In this document: positions 41,327 through 51,365 of the stretch, piece after piece
Layout: every line of letters begins with the position of its first letter
Numbering within the stretch: position 1 is the stretch's first letter
IMG/VR virus record: IMGVR_UViG_3300033149_002633
Span: 15,255-79,254 of that record
Length of the DNA: 64,000 bases
Origin: a virus
Direction: 5' to 3' (one strand)
Translations under genes and position numbers: made by a program
The notes under the pieces: model-generated
The model's input: only the letters and a program-made list of their open reading frames with translations
Database searches by the model: none
Told to the model about the DNA's origin: nothing

Positions 41327-41341
41327 CTTAAACCCTTAAAT

Positions 41342-41505
41342 TCATGCTTCATATAATGATATACATTCAATTATAAAAAGCATTTCTGTGATATTCATAT
41401 CCAATATCTGTTTAGGAGATAAACCAGTCATTTTACACAGAGTATAAATTCTCTTACCTATTTCACTACGAGCTAATCGTCTAATTTCTCCCGCCCCACT
41501 TTGTG
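41342..41505 (-). CDS. -1 frame extension of the tail assembly chaperone (gpGT-like)
   Basis: After T-TTT-TTT (A7 at 41506-41512 on +) the -1 frame reads SQSGAGEIRRLARSEIGKRIYTLCKMTGLSPKQILDMNITEMLFIIECISLYEA*. Confidence 0.8.
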
Positions 41506-41892
41506 AAAAAAAGACAATTGCTCTATTGTTTTAGTTAAAACCTCCATCATTCCTAAAGGCATCATATCAATTTCAGCATATGATATTGGTCTTCCATCTT
41601 CCGTAGTTACTAATCTACTTATTATATGTCTATCTCTTTCCATTTTTGTTTTGAATATTTCAGTCTCCATTTCAATTTTTACAGTCATAGGCTTAACTAT
41701 AAAAGTTATCTCTTCATCTATATCATCATATCTTATAGTAACTTTCTCTTTCCTTTCTTCAGTTATAGATTTTAGTATTTCTCTAAATGCTTCTCCTTCT
41801 CTTTGACTTATAGCTAAAGTCTTTCTTAAATCTCCTAATGTAAGTTTAACATCTTTCTGATTTTCTGTTTCCTTACTCATAACATCACCCAT
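41473..41892 (-). CDS. tail assembly chaperone (gpG-like)
   Basis: Between tube genes and tape measure; slippery heptamer near the 3' end. Confidence 0.8.
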   Translation of the reverse strand: MGDVMSKETENQKDVKLTLGDLRKTLAISQREGEAFREILKSITEERKEKVTIRYDDIDEEITFIVKPMTVKIEMETEIFKTKMERDRHIISRLVTTEDGRPISYAEIDMMPLGMMEVLTKTIEQLSFFHKVGREKLDD

Positions 41893-41915
41893 TTAAACCA
41901 TTTGAAGCTTTCAAT

Positions 41916-42410
41916 TTATAAACTTACCTTTTCTACTCTCGAAGCAATGAATGATATTTTTTCACGAGCAAATTCCCCTTCATCTATTCCTCCATCAACA
42001 TCAGTAATAATTATACGACTAAATTCATAACCTTCATTCAAACTAATAGCATAAAAAACTAAATTAACAGATGAATAAGGAAAAGTAATAGAAGGAAATC
42101 TTGGATGTTTAATTTCACCTAATATTAACATAGCTCCTAAATCTATTAAATCTTGTCTAACATCTCTATGTTTCTTAAGCACTAACTTTTCTAATTCTCC
42201 TTCAGCTACAAATTTATCTCTAAAAATTTCGGAGGGAAACATATCATCTCCTATAGCATAATAAGGTTCAGCAGTCCATCTATATCTCCATCTAATACGT
42301 TGAGCATCTCCTATAGGGAAATATTCAAGTCCTTCTTTATCTTCACATCTCAAAGCTATATAAACTTCATCAGAGTGGAGATAATTATATGGTTTATGAT
42401 AACTCATCAA
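41916..42410 (-). CDS. tail tube-like protein 2
   Basis: EPYYAIG..P.EI, ending EKISFIA; tube-fold pattern. Confidence 0.6.
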   Translation of the reverse strand: MMSYHKPYNYLHSDEVYIALRCEDKEGLEYFPIGDAQRIRWRYRWTAEPYYAIGDDMFPSEIFRDKFVAEGELEKLVLKKHRDVRQDLIDLGAMLILGEIKHPRFPSITFPYSSVNLVFYAISLNEGYEFSRIIITDVDGGIDEGEFAREKISFIASRVEKVSL

Positions 42411-42447
42411 TATAAAAAAGAGAATAAAAATTAAAAAGTTTTCTTAA

Positions 42448-43038
42448 CTATGTCCCAGTATATGTTTCATTATTAACTATGTCAGAACTCATAAGACTAT
42501 AATCATATTCTCCTTCAAGCTCCATAATAGTGAATTCTCCTTCTCTGACTTCTTTAACTCGTCTGGTAAATTTCACGTTATAAAGTTCATCCATATAGCC
42601 AGTTCTAACATTACGGATTTGAATTTTGAAAGAATAAGGTACAAAATATTTAGTATCAGAAAGAATAAAAGGTATAGTATCGTCACCACTAAATAAACCG
42701 TCTATTATAAGGGAGCTATTTTCTGGCGTAATCTCTTCTCCAGAAGAAACAAAAGCACCAAGAGCATATTGTATAATACCCATATTGATAGCAGTAGGTT
42801 TAAGAGTACATCTAAGTATTCCTCTAAATCTTGTAGTTCTACTATCTATACGAAATTTTGAACCTATACCTCTAGCTTCTTTTAATTCTTCACTATCTTC
42901 ATATCTTATAGTTTCCATTCTTCCTATATTGAATTCTACTGTTGAACCCGCAATCTTAGCATCTGGAACAATAAATTTGAGGATGATATCATCCCCAAAT
43001 TCTGTGCTGAATTTTTTAACACTTGCATCATAACTCAT
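42448..43038 (-). CDS. tail tube protein
   Basis: Follows the sheath; IGRME..EARGIG..LYNVKF pattern. Confidence 0.65.
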   Translation of the reverse strand: MSYDASVKKFSTEFGDDIILKFIVPDAKIAGSTVEFNIGRMETIRYEDSEELKEARGIGSKFRIDSRTTRFRGILRCTLKPTAINMGIIQYALGAFVSSGEEITPENSSLIIDGLFSGDDTIPFILSDTKYFVPYSFKIQIRNVRTGYMDELYNVKFTRRVKEVREGEFTIMELEGEYDYSLMSSDIVNNETYTGT

Positions 43039-43049
43039 TTTTCTTCACC

Positions 43050-44360
43050 TCATAATGATAATGTAGCAGTTAAATCTATTACAACTTTCAAAGTCTCGAA
43101 CACTGGAACAAAGACTATTTTACATCTCATAATGTTATTAACCTCATCTTCAGCAGAAGCATAGACTTTAGTACCAAAATTCTTTATCATTCCTTCGTTC
43201 TTACGTTGTGTTAATTTATCTCTAATAGCACTATTAGCTGAAGCTCTTGAAGAAACAGTATTAGCTTTAAATAAGTATCGTCTCATAATACTACGAGCAT
43301 CTTTAGCAAGAGTATCCATGATTTGTCTTGTAGTTATCAAAGTTGGCATTTCATTTCCATTAGCATCTTCTGGTTTATCAGTAACAGTAAATAACCAACC
43401 TCTATCGAATGACCAGCTTTCAGCTCCACCAGAAACCCATCTACGTGGAAACAGAACATGGTCATTCCACATACTTTTTAACTTAACATTATTTAATGCA
43501 GCTTTATTCTTGTTACCTTGATAAGATGGAGTCCAATCAGAGATATAGCTTAATGGCACATGAGCATCTTGACTTGATAATTTCCCAGCTATATAAGCTG
43601 CTAAGAAATTACCTCCAATCTCATGAGTACCAGATGACCATAATTCTCCAGACCATAAATGACTGTCAGTAATATCTCCAGTAGCATAAGTAAATTTCCA
43701 AGTAGTATTAGCTACAACACAAATAACTCTACCATTATCATCTTTTAAATTAGAAGCTATGCTGGGTAATGAATAAGACATATCTGAACCAGAGAAAGCT
43801 CTATTCCAAGATACACCAGTAACATAAACCCTTTCCTTTCCTTCTTCTCGACTTGATGCTGTTAATACTTCTGATTTAACTGTAGCGATAGGTTCATAAC
43901 CAGCAAGAACAACGTAATAGACATCATCAAAAGCTCTTAAAGCTTGAAGTGCTTCAGTTAATCCATCTGGAGTAGTAGTAGGTCCAGCTCCGCTACCAGA
44001 TAAAACACAACCATAAACCCTTTTAGCTCCACCAGCAAATGCTAATTCTACTGCTCTCATAAAATTAGTTGAAGGGTCAAAAGGTGCTTCGCCTAAAGCT
44101 CCACTACCAAAAGTGCCTACACTCCAGTCATCTCCAGTAGCAAGTCCCATCTTATTTTTAAAGTCAAGGATATTTTCATAAACAAATACAGTACCTACTT
44201 GTCCATTAGCAAATTTGTCATTATCTTGAAGGTTATAATCAGCAGACCCAGATAACATATGACCAATGATAGCGACATATCTTCCAGTATCTACTGCAGA
44301 AGGCGATATACCTTCCGAACTTTGTTCTACATATACACCAGCAAGAGTATAATTGCTCAT
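43050..44360 (-). CDS. contractile tail sheath protein
   Basis: GVYVE N-terminus; C-terminal ITTRQIMD..RYLFKAN..IVFVPV. Confidence 0.9.
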   Translation of the reverse strand: MSNYTLAGVYVEQSSEGISPSAVDTGRYVAIIGHMLSGSADYNLQDNDKFANGQVGTVFVYENILDFKNKMGLATGDDWSVGTFGSGALGEAPFDPSTNFMRAVELAFAGGAKRVYGCVLSGSGAGPTTTPDGLTEALQALRAFDDVYYVVLAGYEPIATVKSEVLTASSREEGKERVYVTGVSWNRAFSGSDMSYSLPSIASNLKDDNGRVICVVANTTWKFTYATGDITDSHLWSGELWSSGTHEIGGNFLAAYIAGKLSSQDAHVPLSYISDWTPSYQGNKNKAALNNVKLKSMWNDHVLFPRRWVSGGAESWSFDRGWLFTVTDKPEDANGNEMPTLITTRQIMDTLAKDARSIMRRYLFKANTVSSRASANSAIRDKLTQRKNEGMIKNFGTKVYASAEDEVNNIMRCKIVFVPVFETLKVVIDLTATLSL

Positions 44361-44398
44361 AAGTTAAACTTCATTTGATGAATATAAAAGCTTTATCC

Positions 44399-45121
44399 TC
44401 ACCCACTTCCAGAGACTGTACCAGAAGCAACCAGATTATCATAAGTAGTACCACTTGCTGATGAATAGACTTCATAAACAATTTCTCCAATAAGATAAAT
44501 ATTAGGTTCTACTTTTGGAACTATTCTAACATCAGCATTAATAAGAGCCAAAACTTCTCTACGATAGATAGTATCAACTCCTACATGATAAGATACATCT
44601 TTGATATATCTATCAGTTTGGTCATAACCTATCAGCTCTGAACCTATAACCCTAATATTCCTTATACCTTTATCATACATATCATTAACATATGGAGAAC
44701 TGGCATATCTAAGAAGATTTTGTAATTCCCAATCAATCATATCTCTAATCATAGTATTAGAAGTCCAAATATCAAATCTTACTAAGAATTCATATTCACC
44801 ACCATAGACTGCATCATAACTACCAGAAGCAGCTATACCAGAAGCAGTATCAGTATAATCAAACAGAAAATTACCAATATATCTATTACGTTCTACTTCT
44901 TTCTGAATAGTAACAATGATAGAAGGTAAATGCATATTTTCTGCTTTTTGATAATCTCCCCAACACTTTATTTCAGCTGGAGTTGAACCAGACGTAACTA
45001 AGATAGTAGAAAGGTTATCTCTAATATATTGGACAAGATGAGCTTTTAAAGCATCACCAGCTAAACCTAATCTCCCTTCATAAGGAGAAAGAACTGCACC
45101 ATTATAATCTTCCCAACTCAT
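44399..45121 (-). CDS. tail completion/terminator protein
   Basis: Position before the sheath; PSIIV...FDIW. Confidence 0.6.
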   Translation of the reverse strand: MSWEDYNGAVLSPYEGRLGLAGDALKAHLVQYIRDNLSTILVTSGSTPAEIKCWGDYQKAENMHLPSIIVTIQKEVERNRYIGNFLFDYTDTASGIAASGSYDAVYGGEYEFLVRFDIWTSNTMIRDMIDWELQNLLRYASSPYVNDMYDKGIRNIRVIGSELIGYDQTDRYIKDVSYHVGVDTIYRREVLALINADVRIVPKVEPNIYLIGEIVYEVYSSASGTTYDNLVASGTVSGSG

Positions 45122-45720
45122 TTCGCATCATCCCATGATTTGACTATAATTCTCTTACTATCTATTAAGAATTCTCCTAAAGTAGCAAGTTTAAGAGGTC
45201 TCTTTCCAGATTTATCCCATTGAACTATATAATCAATACTAACTTTTAATTCCCCTTTTCCAGTAGTCGAAAGTCTTTCAGTAATAACAGACACTTTTCC
45301 TATATTGGCACTAACTTGACCTATGTCAATCGGACTAATAGATGAACTCCAAGAAACATCAGATGACCTACCTATACCTCCTCTTGCTATTCTTTTTATA
45401 GCTCGTTCAGCAGCTCCAGAAAAATACATCGCCTCTGGAATATAGGGGTCAGCATATCTTCTATAATATTTTTCTGTCTCTGGTTTTCTTGATATAAATC
45501 CATAACTTTTATAAGTTCCATATGCTCCCATTAAAACATTATGCATTTTTTTAGCTGTCTCAGCACCTAAATTATTTATAAAATCTTTAAAAGTGTCATC
45601 TAATAATGATAGAGAACCTCTATTATAAGTAATTTTAAACTGAAATTTTAAATCTTTGAATTTGTTTGAGAATTGTCTCATAATTTTATTGACAATATCT
45701 CGTTTAGTCATACTTACCAT
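45118..45720 (-). CDS. putative neck/tail-completion protein
   Basis: Position in the head-tail region. Confidence 0.45.
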   Translation of the reverse strand: MVSMTKRDIVNKIMRQFSNKFKDLKFQFKITYNRGSLSLLDDTFKDFINNLGAETAKKMHNVLMGAYGTYKSYGFISRKPETEKYYRRYADPYIPEAMYFSGAAERAIKRIARGGIGRSSDVSWSSSISPIDIGQVSANIGKVSVITERLSTTGKGELKVSIDYIVQWDKSGKRPLKLATLGEFLIDSKRIIVKSWDDAK

Positions 45721-45761
45721 ACTAAATAAAAAAAGGGAAAAAAGTATTAAATCTTTTCTTC

Positions 45762-46925
45762 TTATCCGACATTCGTTATCACATCAGCTAGTTTTTTAGC
45801 AGCTGATTGCCATGACCATTGTTTTATGTCTTCAAGACCTTTGTCAGCCTTCCTCTTAAGTATATTAGGATTATCTACTACATATCTCATTGTTTCTCTG
45901 ATTTCTTCAATAGAAGGAATAGCCCATTTTAGACCATGAATAGGAGCATACCAATTAGCTCCATCAGTCATTCTCATCTCTTTTGGATTTATTAAAAATG
46001 AATTCCCATCATTCATATAATCGAGATGACCGCCATATCTTTGTGCTATCGATGGAACACCACAAGCCATAGACTGAATATAAGGCAATCCCCAACTTTC
46101 TCCTTTACTTACCAGTATAAAACAATTAGCAGAATTGTAAAGTTTCCTCATTCCTTCTTCAGTGAGCATCTGACCATGTACTACAACATTTGGAGGATTA
46201 ATAACATTCATAGTATAGCTTTTATTCTTGATGGAATTTACAATATTAATCATAGTTGGAAAAGTATTATCTCTACCATATGTCTTTATAATTAAAATTA
46301 CATCATCGTCTCCAGAGAATTCCTTATAATAAGCCTCTAACATCTCTTCAAATCCTTTTCTTCTTATCCATTGACCAACACATAAGAAGACAAAAGTATC
46401 ATCACCAAACTTATATAATGGGTCGTTTTTATCTGGAAAATAAATCTTAGTATCTACACCATGAGGGACAATATGAATTTGTTTATCAATAGGTTCTTTT
46501 CCAGACATTACTTTCATAGTTCTATTGTACAAATCCAAAGAGTTGTGTATAGATTGTTTGCAAAATTCAGTATTAGTAATATATTCATCGTATGGTTCTA
46601 TATAGTTTAGCCATGATGGTGGTAAGTAATCTAATTCCCATACAAATTTTAACAAGTTTCTTTTATGGTCTGGAGCTGGTGCTGAAGCAAACACTGGAGG
46701 AGTACCATACCTTAACAATGGAACATCTTTACTATATTCAGCATTTAGCATATCATTGAAAATCTTTGTCTCTTCTGAAGTAAGCCTAATTTGCATTACA
46801 TCCATCTTTCTCTCATAAAGACTAACCTTTATTCCTTCATCAACTAATCCAAGTAGTAATTTTCTAGCTGCATAAGCATAACCACTTGGAGCAAATACAG
46901 TTGTATCTATTCTTACATCTACCAT
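45762..46925 (-). CDS. glycosyltransferase, GT-B (GT4-like)
   Basis: SGYA, VPHGVD, RKG, SKGESWGLPYIQSMACG. Confidence 0.93.
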   Translation of the reverse strand: MVDVRIDTTVFAPSGYAYAARKLLLGLVDEGIKVSLYERKMDVMQIRLTSEETKIFNDMLNAEYSKDVPLLRYGTPPVFASAPAPDHKRNLLKFVWELDYLPPSWLNYIEPYDEYITNTEFCKQSIHNSLDLYNRTMKVMSGKEPIDKQIHIVPHGVDTKIYFPDKNDPLYKFGDDTFVFLCVGQWIRRKGFEEMLEAYYKEFSGDDDVILIIKTYGRDNTFPTMINIVNSIKNKSYTMNVINPPNVVVHGQMLTEEGMRKLYNSANCFILVSKGESWGLPYIQSMACGVPSIAQRYGGHLDYMNDGNSFLINPKEMRMTDGANWYAPIHGLKWAIPSIEEIRETMRYVVDNPNILKRKADKGLEDIKQWSWQSAAKKLADVITNVG

Positions 46926-46926
46926 T

Positions 46927-48243
46927 TTACATCACCAAATGAACTTTAGTATTTATTTTATCAAATATAGGTTTCCACATTTTTTCTACTACTTCCCAAT
47001 CATAGTGTTTAACTGCCCATTCTCTCGCTTTTTCTCCATGTATCTTAGCTAATTCTGGAGCCATGTAGTATTTTTCCATTGCTTTAGCAAATTCTTTTAC
47101 ATCTACCCATGCTTTCTTAACTCCACACATTTCCATATATAGTCTGCTTGGTGGGACTAATGTACCTCTTAGGTCTTCTGGTTTGACATATTTCCCATTA
47201 TCACCAATAGCCATGAATTCAGTAGAAGTAGTGTAATCAGTTAGAATGTTAGGAAGACCACAAGCCATAGCTTCAACAATAGGTATTCCAAATCCTTCTC
47301 CACCAGTAGGTAATACATGAACATCGAAAGCATTGTACAATAAAGACATATCAGCTTCTGGGATACCATTTATATAACTATATGTCTTGTTTTGAGGATT
47401 GAATTGTGGAGTTATAATTACATTGTTAGCAATACCTCTAACTTCTATTTGTTCAAGGAAGAAATAATCATGATTAGGGTCTCCAATATATAGAGCATCT
47501 TTAGGGTCAAGATGTAGATATAAGTAACAATTCTTTCTTCTCTCTTCATCTTTCTCAAGGAAAATCCTAAATGCCTCAAGCAACCTCATATGGTGTTTTC
47601 GTTTGTTTAATCTTGCTACACAACCAAAGATAAAAGCTTCATCTGGGTCAATAGGTAATCTTATTCCTAACTTTGCAAAAATTTCTCTTCTTGCAACTTT
47701 CTTGTTTATTGGAGAAAAGAGTTTTGTATCTACACCATGAGGAACATATTCAACACTAATACCTAATTGTTTTCTTGTTAATGCTTGCCCAAAACGTGAC
47801 ATCGCAACTCTTACATCAGCTCTTTTTATGACACTGGCAATTTGTGTATTAATTGGGTCTCCATCTAATGGGTAATAACAAATCCAGAATGGTCGAGGTT
47901 TCATAGCCAATACATCAACCATATGTGCGTCTCCTTGTGTAAATATAGCATCTGGTGATATTTTCTTAAAGAAATTATCATAACTATCTTTTCCAAAAGC
48001 TGCTCTACCTTCTACTCCATGTATCTTAAAGTCAAATCCTTTAATCTCTGGATTACCTCTGGTTTGCCAACCAAGATAATGAACATCCCATCCCCATTTA
48101 ACAGCAAAACTAGCTATCTTACTGCATTGTACAGCAAATCCAGTCGGATAGTAAGGACTGTCACTTGCAAATCCTATAACTGGTTTTTTTATAACCTTCA
48201 TTTGTTCTTTTATCTTTACTTCTGGTTTATTATGTCTTGACAT
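46927..48243 (-). CDS. glycosyltransferase, GT-B (GT4-like)
   Basis: TGFA, VPHGVD, RK, GEGFGIPIVEAMACG; promoter-like TCAAAAGTTTTAAATAA at ~48265-48281. Confidence 0.93.
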   Translation of the reverse strand: MSRHNKPEVKIKEQMKVIKKPVIGFASDSPYYPTGFAVQCSKIASFAVKWGWDVHYLGWQTRGNPEIKGFDFKIHGVEGRAAFGKDSYDNFFKKISPDAIFTQGDAHMVDVLAMKPRPFWICYYPLDGDPINTQIASVIKRADVRVAMSRFGQALTRKQLGISVEYVPHGVDTKLFSPINKKVARREIFAKLGIRLPIDPDEAFIFGCVARLNKRKHHMRLLEAFRIFLEKDEERRKNCYLYLHLDPKDALYIGDPNHDYFFLEQIEVRGIANNVIITPQFNPQNKTYSYINGIPEADMSLLYNAFDVHVLPTGGEGFGIPIVEAMACGLPNILTDYTTSTEFMAIGDNGKYVKPEDLRGTLVPPSRLYMEMCGVKKAWVDVKEFAKAMEKYYMAPELAKIHGEKAREWAVKHYDWEVVEKMWKPIFDKINTKVHLVM

Positions 48244-48287
48244 GAAAACAATTATAACAACAATTTATTTAAAACTTTTGATATTTT

Positions 48288-48806
48288 TTATCCTATCGGT
48301 GATGGTTTAGTAGGGTCAGTTTCTCCAGTTTCAGCATAAGGCTTACGCATAAGATACAATCGAGTATAAACTTTTTTACCATGTGTCCCAATCATAGTTA
48401 GAACATTAATAACATCATGTTCAAACTTAATACCATCAATAGGGTGAATGATTGTATCTCCTACAGCGATTTTTTCTCCTTCATGTCCATAAGTCCATAG
48501 AATGTGATTATAACGCTGGACTGGTCCAGCTTGGGTAATAAAATCAGCTATTTCATTTCTTCCTTGAGGTTCTATAGGTCTAATATATGCATCAATGATT
48601 CTTTCTTCGTAAATCCAACCATTATTACATAGAGGACAAAACCTATCTGGTTGTCCAGTTATATCATCCCAACATGTACATTTAGTAGCAGTATATTTAG
48701 ACCTATGAATGACTTTAACACCATGAATAGTTAAAATCATCTGGAATTCTCTACCATCAATTCGTGGAAAATGAGGTGTACCAAGATTTAATTGTCTAAA
48801 AGCCAT
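48288..48806 (-). CDS. head closure/head-tail joining protein
   Basis: CTC..CPLC..GW motif typical of myovirus neck proteins; position after the adaptor. Confidence 0.65.
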   Translation of the reverse strand: MAFRQLNLGTPHFPRIDGREFQMILTIHGVKVIHRSKYTATKCTCWDDITGQPDRFCPLCNNGWIYEERIIDAYIRPIEPQGRNEIADFITQAGPVQRYNHILWTYGHEGEKIAVGDTIIHPIDGIKFEHDVINVLTMIGTHGKKVYTRLYLMRKPYAETGETDPTKPSPIG

Positions 48807-48811
48807 TTAAA

Positions 48812-49663
48812 TCACCCATCTAAAATATTCAAACCAGTAAGCCAACCTTCGTAAATCTTACCATCACCTACAACATATACTTTTCCACTATCGCTAAATA
48901 TAGCTGCATTATATACTGTAGCTTTTTCTACATTAGCTGGAAAAGCTCTATGTTGGTAAGGAGCAGAAATAGAACGTCTATTTATAATTACTACTGGAGC
49001 TCCATCGTATGCAAGTTTCAAGTTATTCTTTAAGACTTTAATTTTATCCTCATAAAGTCTGAACAACTCTCCCATAGACATACCTTCTCCCCATAACTTA
49101 GTCTGTACATCCAAATCTCCTAATTTGTAACTAAATCCACCTTGTATAGCATTAGAACTGTTTAATGATAAGATACAATACTTTACAGCTATAGCATACA
49201 TGGTTAGAATAGCTAATTGATGAACAGTATCAGTAGTATTAACATCGAAAGTCCAATTCATATCAAACTCATGGTTTATCTCTTGTTTTGCACTTTCTAC
49301 TTCCATATTTATTTGACTATCAGTTAAACCAGCTTGAAAACGATAAGTTACATAAACTTCATCTCCAGCAGATATATCTACAGATGCTCCAGACATTAAA
49401 ATTATTTTCCCACTATTCTCTTCAATATATGACCCACTTGCAGTATTATAATAATTGACTCCAGAATGAGTAGGAGATGTCCATATACCAGCACAATCAG
49501 CTAATGGAGGATTAAAAATATGAACATATAATCCATCTGAACCAGAATAAACAATCTGTGCTTCATCCTTTACTGTAATATGCTGGACTATACCAGCTTG
49601 TGTTAGCATATTTCTTACATTTGTTATGTGAGCAGTATTAGCTGTTACACTTAAGAAACTCAT
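48812..49663 (-). CDS. head-tail adaptor protein
   Basis: Follows the MCP; LTDSQI..., SYKLGDLDV. Confidence 0.65.
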   Translation of the reverse strand: MSFLSVTANTAHITNVRNMLTQAGIVQHITVKDEAQIVYSGSDGLYVHIFNPPLADCAGIWTSPTHSGVNYYNTASGSYIEENSGKIILMSGASVDISAGDEVYVTYRFQAGLTDSQINMEVESAKQEINHEFDMNWTFDVNTTDTVHQLAILTMYAIAVKYCILSLNSSNAIQGGFSYKLGDLDVQTKLWGEGMSMGELFRLYEDKIKVLKNNLKLAYDGAPVVIINRRSISAPYQHRAFPANVEKATVYNAAIFSDSGKVYVVGDGKIYEGWLTGLNILDG

Positions 49664-49736
49664 TAAGTTACTATCTTAATAATGAGTAAAAAAAGATAAC
49701 GGTTACAAAAAAAGAAAGAAGGAAAAAAGATTAAAT

Positions 49737-50762
49737 CTAACCAGTATAGTTGGATGGGTCTACTGGAACAATGTTGTCGATACGACAAGCTGCATCGGGA
49801 TTGACTACACCTACACCTACTCTTGAAGTCATATAAATGACCATACTATCATGAGAGATGATAGATTTCTGGTCAACCGATAATGGTCGTCTAACGAAAC
49901 GGATAGCATACCTTTCAGTATTCAAGAACAAAGCCTTATCATTGTCCATCCATGGTGTCGAAATAATGTTAAGACCAGCAATAGGATACATCTGACTTGT
50001 TCTAAATGTTCTCTGTTGGTCGGGAGGGAGGAATTGCCAAACATTGTTAGACATAAATTGTTCCATCTGAAGTAGTTGTACTAGTACAAATGGATGAATG
50101 ACTAAAGTGTTGTAAGGAACACCTTCAGCAGTACCTATGGCTAATGCCATTTGTATCTTTTCCCAGTCAAGCTTACCCGCAGTACCAGACCATTGAGCGT
50201 CTTGAGCATCAAGTACATGATTAGGTACATTTTGTCCAGTCTTAAATTCACTGGATTCGTCAGAAACACCATTTATCAAAGCTTGCATAATCATCTTATT
50301 CTCAAATCTTGCACAAGCATCCATACCCATACTAATTTGTCTTTGAACTAAATCAAAGCTTTGAACATCTTCAATGGCTTCATTAGTAATAGATACACCG
50401 ATACCGAATTTCTGCACTCGTACAGTAACTTTACCGTACTTTGACTTAGCAATTGGTATCTCAACACCTTCTCCCAAAGGCACCGCATCAAATCCTTGTT
50501 CAAAAGGATATGAGATGACTGGAGAATTAACGTTGATTGTATCCACGAGATTCATAGCAACTAAGTCTGGAATATATTCAGTGAAGAATTCACGATTGAA
50601 AGCTTCAGTTATGTAAAGTAGAACATCTTCTCTACTCATATATTGAGTAAGTTCGAATAGGTTTCTTGGTGATTTAACCATTTTACCTTTATAAGGGATA
50701 AATCCATGCATACCCCATTGTCTAGCTCTTTGTTGTTGTATTGTTATTGTCATTTTTACCAA
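49737..50762 (-). CDS. major capsid protein (HK97 fold)
   Basis: GEGVEIP, KFGIGVSITNEAIED, LVIHP, GLNIISTP, RVGVGVVNP; ATG at 50753 is an alternative start. Confidence 0.92.
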   Translation of the reverse strand: MVKMTITIQQQRARQWGMHGFIPYKGKMVKSPRNLFELTQYMSREDVLLYITEAFNREFFTEYIPDLVAMNLVDTINVNSPVISYPFEQGFDAVPLGEGVEIPIAKSKYGKVTVRVQKFGIGVSITNEAIEDVQSFDLVQRQISMGMDACARFENKMIMQALINGVSDESSEFKTGQNVPNHVLDAQDAQWSGTAGKLDWEKIQMALAIGTAEGVPYNTLVIHPFVLVQLLQMEQFMSNNVWQFLPPDQQRTFRTSQMYPIAGLNIISTPWMDNDKALFLNTERYAIRFVRRPLSVDQKSIISHDSMVIYMTSRVGVGVVNPDAACRIDNIVPVDPSNYTG

Positions 50763-51364
50763 CCTCTCTTATATGTTGGGTCAACAAGACATTTCGGTGT
50801 GGGACCACTACCAGTCCAGACTTGAGGACCTTCAGACCCGCTTGAGACTTGTATAATCTTTCCAATGATTATATAACCATCGGGGTTTGTACTCTGTGAC
50901 AAAGCTTCTACATAACCGTCTGAACCAGAACTTGGAATAGCCCAGTCTCCTACATTAGGTGTAGCTCCACTATATGGCATCCAAATCATTTCATCATTGA
51001 CATAGCCAAAGATATAGAGATTCTCGAATACATCAGTATTCTGGAACCAGTTGTCTATTTCCACTGGGTTACCAGTTTGCATAAAGTTCAGAGGTGCATC
51101 AGTTGTAGCAATACCAAGAATGTTATAATTAGCTCCACTTGCCATTACTCCACTTACAGCTACATCAGCAGCTGATAGAACTTTAGCTCTTGGATAAATT
51201 TGAACTGTACCATCACTGTACCATTGTGTGCTATTGTCTTGTCCCGCAGCTTTTACCAGAATAGAACCACAAATCCATGATGCCCCACTAGCTAGTTGGC
51301 ACATCTTAACGTTCTTGGGAGCATAATGGAGACCACTACGATAATCTTTTTTAAACTTAGGCAT
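50756..51364 (-). CDS. capsid decoration/cement protein
   Basis: Between protease and MCP; ILGIA..., IIGKI beta-tulip-like pattern. Confidence 0.65.
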   Translation of the reverse strand: MPKFKKDYRSGLHYAPKNVKMCQLASGASWICGSILVKAAGQDNSTQWYSDGTVQIYPRAKVLSAADVAVSGVMASGANYNILGIATTDAPLNFMQTGNPVEIDNWFQNTDVFENLYIFGYVNDEMIWMPYSGATPNVGDWAIPSSGSDGYVEALSQSTNPDGYIIIGKIIQVSSGSEGPQVWTGSGPTPKCLVDPTYKRGW

Positions 51365-51365
51365 T

